Below are positions 26,149 to 33,996 of a stretch of 33,996 nucleotides of DNA, piece after piece. The stretch lies in assembly GCA_043750435.1 (NCBI GenBank), contig JAYVBO010000274.1, positions 1 through 33,996 of the forward strand, given 5' to 3'. Both the position numbers and the translations under genes were made by a program. Below the pieces are notes generated by a model that saw nothing but the letters and a program-made list of their open reading frames with translations, did no database searches and had not been told where the DNA came from. This DNA comes from Betaproteobacteria bacterium (lineage in GTDB: Bacteria > Pseudomonadota > Gammaproteobacteria > Burkholderiales > Burkholderiaceae_C). Each line of letters starts with the position of its first letter. The first letter of the stretch is position 1.

Positions 26149-29100
26149 GCACCCACCCCGAACCAGCGCAGCAGGCGCTGCCACAGCGAGGGCGCTGCGG
26201 CCGCCGTCGGGTCACCCACCGCCTGACGACCCAGCGATTCGAAGAGTTGCGCCAGGATGATGCGGGCGGCGCCTTCCAACATGCGGCTGCCGACGGCGGC
26301 CACCTTGCCGCCCACCTGGGCCTGGTAGTTGTAGTGCAGGCGCGTGCCGGTGGCCGTGGCTTCCAGCCGCACCGTGCCGTCGCCGGCGCCGGTGCCCAGC
26401 GACGATTGCCCCGAGCCGGCCAAGCGCAGGCTGCGCGGTGCGTCGATCTCGCTCAGCGCAATCTGTGCGGCATAGCGGGCCTTCACCAGGCCCACGCCCA
26501 CGGTCACGTCGGCCTGGTAGCGGTTGGCGCCGGTTGCCACCAGCGCGTGGCAACCGGGGATCACGCGGGCCAGCGCCACCGGGTCCAGCAGCACCGCGAA
26601 CACGCGCTCGGGTGGCGCCGCAATGTCCACCGTGCCTTGCGCTTGCAAGGCCAGGCCGCCAGCGACGCGGGGCGCTGCCGCCGGCTGCTGCAGCGAGGCC
26701 GGCGCGGCCGGTTCATCGGCCGCGATTGAGGCCAGCACGCGCGACGGCGTCAGCGGCAGCCGCACGTCGGCCTCATCGCCTGCAGCGCGCAAGGGTCGCA
26801 GCGCATCGGCAAAGGCGTTGGCGATGCACACCGGCGTGCTCATGTTGTTGCCTTCGCCCAGGCCCTTGGCGCCCAGCGGCGTGAACGGGCTGGGCGTTTC
26901 CAGGTGCACGATGATGGGGTCGGGCACTTCGCAAGCGGTGGGCACCAGGTAGTCGGCGAAAGTGCCACTTTGAAAGCCGCCATCGGGCGCATAGCGGAAC
27001 TCTTCCATCAACGCAGCGCCCAGGCCTTGCGCGAAGGCGCCGCAGATCTGGCCATCGGCCAAAGCCGGATTGAGGATGCGCCCGGCGTCGTGCGCGGTGA
27101 TGTAGCGGTCCACCGTCACGCGGCCGGTCGTCGGGTCCACGTCCAGGCCACAGATGTCGAAGACGAAGCCATAGCAGGCCGAGGTGTTGACGCGGTCTTG
27201 CGCGTCGGGCGCGGCCAGCGTGGGGGGGGTCCAGAAAACCGTCTCGCGCAAGCCGGGCGTCAGGCCAGCGGGCAGCAGCGCCGGCGCCCAGTGCGGGCCG
27301 GCGGCGAGGCGCGTGAAAGGCTGCTTGCGCTCGGGCTGCGCGGCGTCAAAGACCTGGCCGCCCGCGAAGCGCACGGCTTCGACAGGGCAGGCGAATTGCG
27401 CGGCAGCGATGCGCGCAATCTTGTCGCGCAACTGCAGCGCAGCCAGGTGCACGGTGCCCGCCACGGCGCCGGCAAAGCGGCTGCTGTAGTTGCCGGCGGC
27501 CACGCTCCAGGCGTCTTTCGCGGTGTCAAATTCGACGTTGGTCACGACCTGGGCCGGCAGCACGCCGAAGACATCGGCCACGACCTGCGCGCAGACCGTC
27601 ATGTGGCCCTGGCCGGCCGGCGCCGAAGCGATGCTGACGTTGATGCCGCCCAGCAGGTCGATGGCCACGGTGGCGCTGGCGATGGCGCCGTTCTTCGGCC
27701 CGGCCCTGGCGCGCTGCTCGGCCGTCAGCACGGTGCTGATGTAGCCCATGTTCGACACCGAGGGCTCGACGATGGCGGCCACGCCAATGCCGTACAAGCG
27801 GCCCGCGGCGCGCGCGGCCGCCTGGCGCTCGGCCAGGCCGGCTTGCGCGGCAGCGGCCTGCGCCATCTGCATCAGGCGGTGGTAGTCGCCCGAGTCCAGC
27901 ACCGCGCCGGCCGCGGCGGTGTACGGAAACTGTTCGGCGCGCACGAAGTTGCGCGCGCGCAGCTCGCAGGCGTCCAGCCCCAACTGCACGGCGATGCGGT
28001 CCATCAGCCGTTCCAGCGCGTAAAAAACCTGCGGCCCGCCGAAGCCGCGCACCAGGCCGGTCGGCGTCTTGTTGGTCAGCACCACGCGGTTGCGCACGGC
28101 CAAGTTGGCGATGTCGTAGGCGCCGGTCAGCGCGCCGTGCATGCGGTAGAAGGTGGCCGGCTCGGGCGCGCGCAAGTAGGCGCCGACCTCGTCGCGCTGG
28201 TCGTAGCGCAGCGCGGTGATGCGGCCATCGGCCTGCACGGCGGCTTCGATGTGCGTCAGGCGCGCGGTGGCCGAAGTGGCCGCGCCCAGGTGTTCCAGTC
28301 GGTCTTCGACCCATTTCACGGGCGCGCCGGCCTTGCGCGAGGCCAGGCACATCAGCACCACATAGGGCAACACCGCCTGCTTGACGCCGAAGCTGCCGCC
28401 GGAATCGCGCGGCACCTTGTGGCGCAACTTGTTGCCGGCCACCTTCAGCGCCAGCGCCATCACGGTGTGCAGCGAGAAGGGGCCCATGAAATTGGACATC
28501 ACCTCGTAGCCTTCGTCGCCGGCCAGGTGCTCGGCCACGACCACGCCGCATTCGATGGGCGTGCAGCTGTTGCGCGGGTAATGCACCGTCAAGGCGACGC
28601 GGTGGGCGGCGGCGGCGAAGGCGGCTTCGGGGTCGCCGTAGCGGAAGTCGCGCTCGGACACCACATTGCTGCCCACGGCCGCGTGCAGCAGCGGCGCATC
28701 GGCGGCGCAGGCGGCTTCGATGTCGATCACGGCCGGCAGCGCGCGGTATTCGACGCGGATCAGGTCCAGCGCGTCTTCGGCCGTGTAGCGGTCTTGCGCC
28801 ACCACCACGGCCACGGGCTCGCCGCTGTAGCGCACGCAGTCCACGGCCAACACCCAGTGCTGCATCGGCTGCTTCACGCCGACCAAGAAGGGCTGGCTCC
28901 AGCGCTGCACGTCAACACCCGTCAACACGGCGCGCACACCGGGCAAGGCCAGCGCCGCGCTGGCGTCCACGCCCAGCAGTTCGGCATGCGCATGCGGGCT
29001 GCGCAAAACGGCGGCGTGCAGCGTGCCCGGCGTCACGCCCAGGTCGTCGCCATAGCGGCCGCTGCCGCGCAGCAGCGCTTCGTCTTCCAGGCGCTCCAGC

Positions 29101-29156
29101 GGCTGGCCGAGGTGGGGGGTGGGCTGGGCCTGGGTCAGGCTCGCGTCGCTGTGCAA
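26145..29156 (-). CDS. hmfA: Molybdopterin large subunit of furoyl-CoA dehydrogenase (HmfA) with a fused C-terminal CoxG/SRPBCC domain
   Basis: Probable TTG start at 29156 with GGAG 5 nt upstream (1003 aa; start uncertain); RSPHAHA, GGSFGVK, RGFGGPQ, GQGH, KGLGEG; the last ~170 aa (VFAVLLDPVALARVIPGC...VGGKVAAVGSRML) are CoxG-like. Confidence 0.87.
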   Translation of the reverse strand: MHSDASLTQAQPTPHLGQPLERLEDEALLRGSGRYGDDLGVTPGTLHAAVLRSPHAHAELLGVDASAALALPGVRAVLTGVDVQRWSQPFLVGVKQPMQHWVLAVDCVRYSGEPVAVVVAQDRYTAEDALDLIRVEYRALPAVIDIEAACAADAPLLHAAVGSNVVSERDFRYGDPEAAFAAAAHRVALTVHYPRNSCTPIECGVVVAEHLAGDEGYEVMSNFMGPFSLHTVMALALKVAGNKLRHKVPRDSGGSFGVKQAVLPYVVLMCLASRKAGAPVKWVEDRLEHLGAATSATARLTHIEAAVQADGRITALRYDQRDEVGAYLRAPEPATFYRMHGALTGAYDIANLAVRNRVVLTNKTPTGLVRGFGGPQVFYALERLMDRIAVQLGLDACELRARNFVRAEQFPYTAAAGAVLDSGDYHRLMQMAQAAAAQAGLAERQAAARAAGRLYGIGVAAIVEPSVSNMGYISTVLTAEQRARAGPKNGAIASATVAIDLLGGINVSIASAPAGQGHMTVCAQVVADVFGVLPAQVVTNVEFDTAKDAWSVAAGNYSSRFAGAVAGTVHLAALQLRDKIARIAAAQFACPVEAVRFAGGQVFDAAQPERKQPFTRLAAGPHWAPALLPAGLTPGLRETVFWTPPTLAAPDAQDRVNTSACYGFVFDICGLDVDPTTGRVTVDRYITAHDAGRILNPALADGQICGAFAQGLGAALMEEFRYAPDGGFQSGTFADYLVPTACEVPDPIIVHLETPSPFTPLGAKGLGEGNNMSTPVCIANAFADALRPLRAAGDEADVRLPLTPSRVLASIAADEPAAPASLQQPAAAPRVAGGLALQAQGTVDIAAPPERVFAVLLDPVALARVIPGCHALVATGANRYQADVTVGVGLVKARYAAQIALSEIDAPRSLRLAGSGQSSLGTGAGDGTVRLEATATGTRLHYNYQAQVGGKVAAVGSRMLEGAARIILAQLFESLGRQAVGDPTAAAAPSLWQRLLRWFGVGA

Positions 29157-29236
29157 AGTGGCTCCGGCATGTCGGGTTGCGGTGGAAGCGAAGTCTCCGC
29201 AGACGCGCCGAAAACGGTTAACGCATTCATCGGGCG

Positions 29237-29275
29237 AAGGTCCGTTTTGTCGGATCAAGGACCCAATCGTCAGAT
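29237..29275 (-). promoter_or_regulatory. Putative AraC/XylS-type tandem operator upstream of hmfA
   Basis: AAGGTCCGTTTTGTCGGAT (29237-29255) and AAGGACCCAATCGTCAGAT (29257-29275): 13/19 identical, 20-bp period. Confidence 0.5.
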
Positions 29276-29303
29276 GATTTGCGTGCTGCAGCGCCGCAAA
29301 TCA
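29275..29303. promoter_or_regulatory. Inverted repeat between the regulator gene and hmfA (operator or terminator)
   Basis: TGATTTGCG-N11-CGCAAATCA with the palindrome GCTGCAGC inside the spacer; no U-tract. Confidence 0.45.
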
Positions 29304-29352
29304 CGCCGCATTCGGGTCTACCCGAGGGCGTTGTTCGAGCCGCGCGCCGGGC

Positions 29353-30237
29353 TCAGATCACCGGCGGCAGCAGCGTGGCTTGCGCCGGCGGTTCGAACAG
29401 GTTGACCTTGCGCCGGTAGTCGCTGGGTGTGATGCCCAGGTGCTGGCGGAAGAAGCGCGAGAAGTGGCCCGGCGCCGAGAAGCCGAGGTCCTGCGCCACA
29501 TCGGCCACCGGTTCGTTGCTGCGCGTCAGGCGCTGCACGGCGGCCTCGAAGCGCAGCACGTTGACGTAGACCAGCGGCGTGACTTGCGTGTCGCGCTGGA
29601 ACAGCGAGTGGAAGTGGGCTCGCGACAGCCCGCTGCGCGTGGCCAGGGCTTCCACGTCGAGTTCGTGTGCCAGGTCCTGCTTCATCAGCGCGATGGCTTG
29701 GCGGATGCGCGGGTCCATCGAGATCGGCGGCTTGCTGCGCAGCAGGCTGCTCAGGTCGCGCCAGCCCGAATAGCTTTCGATCACGACCACGATCAGGTTG
29801 AACAACAATTCTTCCAGCCGCGCCGGCGAAACCTCGTCGGCCCACCACAGTTCCAGCACGAACTCTTCGGCGATCTTGCGCGTGGCCTGGGTGATGCGCA
29901 CACAGGGTTGCGGGAAGAAGCGCGGGTGGCCGGACAAGGCCAGTGAGCGCTGCAGTTCGGCCAGCCAACTGGGTTCGATGTACAGCGCCAGGATCAGCGT
30001 GCGTTCGCCGGGGGCCAGGCGGTGCTCGTAAGTGTGGTGTTCCCAGGCGTTGACCAGCACCACGGTGTCGTCGGTCAGCGGCGCCGTCTCGCCGCGCACC
30101 GTGAAGGCGCTGTCGGCACCGCCCGACTTGATCAGGATGTGGCAATGGTGGTGGGCGTGGCCGACCAGTGGGGCACTCATGTCGAGCAGCGCCACACGAC
30201 CGAAGCGGCCTTGCAGGATCTTGATGGCGTCGGACAT
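29353..30237 (-). CDS. AraC-family transcriptional regulator (probable hmf operon activator)
   Basis: Start ATG 30237 (or GTG 30243); N-terminal cupin HAHHHCH...NAWEHH; C-terminal double HTH SGLSRAHFHSLF...VAQDLGFSAPGHFSRFFRQHLGITPSDYR. Confidence 0.93.
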   Translation of the reverse strand: MSDAIKILQGRFGRVALLDMSAPLVGHAHHHCHILIKSGGADSAFTVRGETAPLTDDTVVLVNAWEHHTYEHRLAPGERTLILALYIEPSWLAELQRSLALSGHPRFFPQPCVRITQATRKIAEEFVLELWWADEVSPARLEELLFNLIVVVIESYSGWRDLSSLLRSKPPISMDPRIRQAIALMKQDLAHELDVEALATRSGLSRAHFHSLFQRDTQVTPLVYVNVLRFEAAVQRLTRSNEPVADVAQDLGFSAPGHFSRFFRQHLGITPSDYRRKVNLFEPPAQATLLPPVI

Positions 30238-30329
30238 GGACACTCGCGTTCGGGGGGCTGAGTGTCCCGTATCCGGGCCCGCGCTGACCAGTCGGGCTTA
30301 CACCGTCGGCATGCGGCAAACTTGGCCCC

Positions 30330-31484
30330 ATGAATCTGAATCGCGGACCTCTTCACGGCTTGCGGGTGATCGAGCTCGCCAGCATCGGCCCCGGCCCCCT
30401 GGCCTGCATGCTGCTGGCCGACCTGGGCGCCGATGTCGTGCGCATCGACCGCCTGGGGCCCAGCGGGCTGGGCCTGTCGTTGCAGCCCGAGCACAACGTC
30501 AACGGCCGCGGCCGGCGCTCGGTGGCGCTGGACCTGAAGTCGCCCGCCGGCCGTGATGCCGTGCTGCGTTTGCTCGCCACCGCCGACGTGCTGGTCGAGG
30601 GCTTCCGCCCCGGCGTCACCGAGAGCCTGGGCCTGGGCCCGGCCGATTGCCAGGCCATCAACCCGGCTCTGGTCTACGGCCGCATGACGGGCTTCGGCCA
30701 GACCGGGCCGCTGGCTGGCGCGGCCGGCCACGACATCAACTACATCGCGCTGACCGGCGTGCTGCATGCGATAGGCCCGGCCGGCGGCGCGCCGGTGCCA
30801 CCGCTGAACCTGGTGGGCGATTACGGCGGCGGTGCGCTCTACCTGGCCTTCGGCGTGATGGCCGCGCTCTACGAACGCCAGCGTTCGGGCCTGGGCCAGG
30901 TGGTGGACGCGGCGATGGTGGACGGCGCTTCGTCGCTGGCCTCCATCTTCCACGGCCTGCAGGCCGCCGGCAGCTGGACTGCCGAGCGCGGCGCCAACCT
31001 GCTGGACGGCGGCGCGCCCTTCTACGGCACCTTTGAGACGGCTGACGGCAAGCACATCAGCCTGGGCGCGCTGGAACCCAAATTCTTCAAGCTGTTGGCC
31101 GAAGCGCTGGGGCTGGAAGCGCGCTTTGTGCAGCGCCAGTACGACCGTCGGCTGTGGCCCGAGATGCGCGGGGCAATAGCCGCCGCCGTGCTGCTGCGCA
31201 GCCGCGACGACTGGTGCGCGCGGCTCGAAGGCACCGACGCCTGCTTCGCCCCTGTGCTGACTTTCGCCGAGGCCGCACAGCACGGCCACGCACGCTCGCG
31301 CGGCGCTTTTGTGGAGGTCGCCGGCCTGGTGCAACCCGCTCCCGCGCCGCGCTTCAGCCGCACACCAGCCGGCCATCCGCACCCCACGCCGAACGACGGC
31401 GAACACACCGCTGCCGTGCTGGGCGAAGCCGGCTTCACTGCGGACGAGATCGACGCACTGATCACGCAAGGCATCGCCCGATGA
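30330..31484 (+). CDS. CaiB/BaiF (family III CoA-transferase fold) protein, alpha-methylacyl-CoA racemase-like
   Basis: [35 protein letters not shown] and NLVGDYGGG (the His/Asp pair of AMACR/Mcr-type racemases), [21 protein letters not shown]. Confidence 0.9.
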   Translation: MNLNRGPLHGLRVIELASIGPGPLACMLLADLGADVVRIDRLGPSGLGLSLQPEHNVNGRGRRSVALDLKSPAGRDAVLRLLATADVLVEGFRPGVTESLGLGPADCQAINPALVYGRMTGFGQTGPLAGAAGHDINYIALTGVLHAIGPAGGAPVPPLNLVGDYGGGALYLAFGVMAALYERQRSGLGQVVDAAMVDGASSLASIFHGLQAAGSWTAERGANLLDGGAPFYGTFETADGKHISLGALEPKFFKLLAEALGLEARFVQRQYDRRLWPEMRGAIAAAVLLRSRDDWCARLEGTDACFAPVLTFAEAAQHGHARSRGAFVEVAGLVQPAPAPRFSRTPAGHPHPTPNDGEHTAAVLGEAGFTADEIDALITQGIAR

Positions 31485-33157
31485 AGACGACCACCACCAC
31501 CGCGAACCCAAGCCCACACGCCACCCCCGGCGACGCCCGCCGCGCCGCCACGCTGTTGCTGCTGCGCGACGGCGCCGACGGCCTGGAAGTGCTGATGCTG
31601 CGCCGCGCCGAACGCGACGGCGACCTGCGCAGCGGTGCCGTCGTCTTCCCCGGCGGCATGCTGGACCCGCGCGACCGGCACGCCCACGCGCATGTGCTGG
31701 GCGCTGACGACGCCAGCGTCAGCGCACGCCTGAACCTGCCCGAGGGCGGGCTCGATTACGCCATCGCCGCGCTGCGCGAGACCTACGAAGAAGTCGGTCT
31801 GCTGATCGTCGAAGGCGGATTCGACGCCGCCACTTTGCAGCCCTGGCGTGAACGCCTGCAGGCCGGTGAGACGGGCATCGCCGACTTGTGCGCGGCGCAC
31901 GGCTTGCGCCTGGACGTGAGCGGCCTGGCCTACCACGCGCACTGGCTGACACCGCCGGGCCTGCCCAAGCGCTTCGACACCCGCTTCTTCGCGATGCTGG
32001 CGCCCGCCGGGCAAGAGGCCGTGGCCGATAACGGCGAAGCGCAGGAACTGATGTGGTTGACGCCCACCGCCGCGCTGAGCCGCGAGCGCGGCCTGAAGCT
32101 GATGCCGGTGACGCAACGCATGCTGCAGGAACTGGCGCGCCACGCTGATGCGGCGGCCGCGATGGCCGAGATTCGCGCGCGCAGCCACTTCCCGCTGATG
32201 ATGCCGCGCCGCGCCATCGGCCCCAAAGGCCCGCGCGCCGTGCTGCCCGACGAACACGCCCACGCCGAGATCGGCAAGCTTGACCCCGAGGGCCGTGGCG
32301 ATGTGTCCTGCGAACTGCTGCCCGGTCGCGCGGTGCGCCTGTCGCCGCGCATCTTGCGCATCACCGCGCCCAACCCGGGCGTGATGACGGGCCCCGGCAC
32401 CAACAGCTATTTCATCAGCGACAGCCAGGGGCTGGGCTGGACCGCCATCGACCCCGGCCCTGACAGCGCCGAGCATTTGCAAACCATGCTGGCGCTGTTG
32501 CCCGGGCCGCTGGAACGCATCCTGGTCACCCACACCCACCGTGACCATTCACCGGGCGCGGCGGCCTTGTCACAGGCCACCGGCGCGCCGGTTTGGGGCC
32601 GCGTGGCGGCGCACCCGATGTGGCAAGACGAAACCTTCGCGCCCGCGCAGCAGCCGCAGCACGGCGAGCGCATCGCCGTCGGCGCCGACACCACGCTGCG
32701 CGTCGTCCACACGCCGGGGCATGCGTCCAATCACCTGTGTTTCCTGCTGGAAGAAGAGCGCTTGCTGTTCACCGGCGACCACGTCATGCAGGGCAGCACG
32801 GTGGTCATCAACCCGCCCGACGGCGACATGTCGGCCTACCTGGCGGCCTTGCGCGGCCTGCAGGACGAAGACCTGGAATGGCTGGCCCCGGGCCACGGTT
32901 TTCTGGTGGCCCAGCCGCAGGCGGTGATCGCGCATTTGATCGCCCACCGCCTGAAGCGCGAGGCCAAGGTGTTGGCCGCTTTCAGCCGCGTGGGCGGCAG
33001 CGCCACGCTGGCGACGCTGGTGCAGCAGGTCTACGACGACGTGCCAGCGGGCCTGCACGGCGTGGCCACGCGGTCTTTGCTGGCCCACCTGCTGAAGCTG
33101 CAGGTCGATGGCGCGGTGGCGCTGCAGGGCGAAGTCTGGGTGGCGTCAGCCGGCTGA
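31481..33157 (+). CDS. Nudix hydrolase (NUDT19-like) / metallo-beta-lactamase-fold (LACTB2-like) fusion protein
   Basis: ATG 31481 overlapping the upstream stop (ATGA), 558 aa; FPGG...[12 protein letters not shown] and [16 protein letters not shown]; then [38 protein letters not shown]. Confidence 0.88.
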   Translation: MKTTTTTANPSPHATPGDARRAATLLLLRDGADGLEVLMLRRAERDGDLRSGAVVFPGGMLDPRDRHAHAHVLGADDASVSARLNLPEGGLDYAIAALRETYEEVGLLIVEGGFDAATLQPWRERLQAGETGIADLCAAHGLRLDVSGLAYHAHWLTPPGLPKRFDTRFFAMLAPAGQEAVADNGEAQELMWLTPTAALSRERGLKLMPVTQRMLQELARHADAAAAMAEIRARSHFPLMMPRRAIGPKGPRAVLPDEHAHAEIGKLDPEGRGDVSCELLPGRAVRLSPRILRITAPNPGVMTGPGTNSYFISDSQGLGWTAIDPGPDSAEHLQTMLALLPGPLERILVTHTHRDHSPGAAALSQATGAPVWGRVAAHPMWQDETFAPAQQPQHGERIAVGADTTLRVVHTPGHASNHLCFLLEEERLLFTGDHVMQGSTVVINPPDGDMSAYLAALRGLQDEDLEWLAPGHGFLVAQPQAVIAHLIAHRLKREAKVLAAFSRVGGSATLATLVQQVYDDVPAGLHGVATRSLLAHLLKLQVDGAVALQGEVWVASAG

Positions 33158-33901
33158 GGTCGCCTGCGGCGGCGCTTGCCAACGCCCGTCCAACAGCAGT
33201 TGGTGGGGTTTGAACTGGGTCTTGTAGGCCATCTTGGGGCTCTGTGCGATCCAGTAGCCCAGATAGACGTAGGAGAGCTTCAGCAGGCGCGTCTGCTCGA
33301 TCTGCCACAGCACGCTGTAGGTGCCGTAGCTGGCCTCGTCGTCGGGGTCGTAATAGGTGTAGACGGCCGAAATGCCGTCGCTCAACACGTCGAGTATCGA
33401 CACCATCTTCAGCGCGCCCAGGGTGCCGTCGGCGGTGGCCTCGCGAAATTCCACCAGGCGTGAATTGACGCGGCTTTGAAGCAGGAACTGGGTGTACTGG
33501 TCAACGCTGTCGTGGTCCATGCCGCCGCCGCTGTGGCGGCCGCTTTGGTAGCGCAGATAGAGCTGGTAGTGCTCGGCGACAAAGCCCAGGCGCAGCACGC
33601 GGGCCTTCAGCGTGGCGTGGGTCTTGCCGGCACGGCGCTGGCTGCGCGTGGGTGTGTAGCTGGCCACCGGCAGGCGCAGGGGCACGCAAGCGCGGCAGCC
33701 GTCGCAATAGGGGCGGTAGGTGAACATGCCGCTGCGCCGAAAGCCCGCTGCCACCAGGCTGGAATAGGTTTCCGCGTGGATCAGGTGGCTGGGCGTGGCC
33801 ACCTGCGAGCGGGCCTGGCGGTCCGGCAGGTAGCTGCACTCGTACGGCGCAGTCGCATAGAACTGCAGGGTTTGGAGCGGGAAGTCTCTGAGGTCTGTCA
33901 C
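33146..33901 (-). CDS. ate: Arginyl-tRNA-protein transferase family (bacterial Ate/Bpt Asp/Glu leucyltransferase)
   Basis: GTG start; [51 protein letters not shown]...KMAYK. Confidence 0.93.
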   Translation of the reverse strand: MTDLRDFPLQTLQFYATAPYECSYLPDRQARSQVATPSHLIHAETYSSLVAAGFRRSGMFTYRPYCDGCRACVPLRLPVASYTPTRSQRRAGKTHATLKARVLRLGFVAEHYQLYLRYQSGRHSGGGMDHDSVDQYTQFLLQSRVNSRLVEFREATADGTLGALKMVSILDVLSDGISAVYTYYDPDDEASYGTYSVLWQIEQTRLLKLSYVYLGYWIAQSPKMAYKTQFKPHQLLLDGRWQAPPQATSAG

Positions 33902-33914
33902 AGTGGTGGGTGCA

Positions 33915-33995
33915 TCAGGCAGACAAAATGTGATTCCAGTATAGGGGGGTGAAGCGCCAATCGAGTGGTGGTTCGGATTGGGCCTGCCGTATATG
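33915..33995 (-). CDS. aat: Probable 3' end of leucyl/phenylalanyl-tRNA-protein transferase (partial)
   Basis: Manual translation ...[26 protein letters not shown], ending 13 nt before the ate start; the WxFxPxYW tail resembles Burkholderiales Aat, and aat-ate is the usual order. Only 26 codons are visible. Confidence 0.6.
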   Translation of the reverse strand, partial: HIRQAQSEPPLDWRFTPLYWNHILSA

Positions 33996-33996
33996 C

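Noticed and set aside
24791-29156. Aerobic CO dehydrogenase (coxLMS/coxG) or xanthine dehydrogenase
   Set aside because: The large subunit has VRGFGGPQ rather than the form I CoxL AYxCSFR loop, and the adjacent CoA ligase, HmfE-like crotonase and HmfF-like UbiD point to furoyl-CoA dehydrogenase.
26904-29405. 833-aa plus-strand ORF (likewise 16977-19331, 19325-20947, 13050-14666, 15367-16965 and other long antisense ORFs)
   Set aside because: They lie antisense to well-supported genes, have no recognisable motifs and show the composition typical of stop-poor shadow frames in high-GC DNA.
31487-31501. ACG(ACC)4 run giving MKTTTTT at the start of the Nudix-MBL gene
   Set aside because: A trinucleotide repeat keeps the frame, so it is not an on/off phase-variation switch.

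Overview
High-GC bacterial chromosome segment; gene content and protein sequences look like a Burkholderiales betaproteobacterium (inference). It is bracketed by housekeeping genes: the 5' end of slyX on the left and aat(3' end)-ate/bpt on the right. The left ~7.5 kb encodes a degenerate HD-GYP protein, a 53-aa small ORF, an acetamidase/formamidase, a QseBC/PmrAB-like two-component system followed by a DegP/Do protease, and an orphan GH19 muramidase with a peptidoglycan-binding-like N-terminus. The centre (7638-29156, minus strand) is a tightly coupled ~21.5 kb, 19-gene furan (furfural/HMF/furoate/FDCA) catabolic operon behind an AraC regulator: hmfABCD, Bug/TctC receptor, hmfF (UbiD), LIV-type ABC transporter 1, membrane di-iron hydroxylase (hmfS-like), SDR, aldehyde dehydrogenase, hmfE, LIV-type ABC transporter 2. 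Compared with the characterised hmf clusters, this window has no hmfG (UbiX), no hmfH oxidase and no MFS transporter, hmfE is displaced ~10 kb from hmfD, and there are three different solute-binding proteins. The best candidate for an undescribed system is the coupled hydroxylase-SDR-ALDH trio, which could be an HmfH-independent methyl/hydroxymethyl-furan oxidation route feeding HmfF. Divergent from the regulator is an acyl-CoA racemase-like gene coupled to a Nudix/metallo-beta-lactamase fusion. No RNA genes, CRISPR arrays or mobile elements were recognised. All family and gene-name calls come from motif reading and recall, not from database searches.
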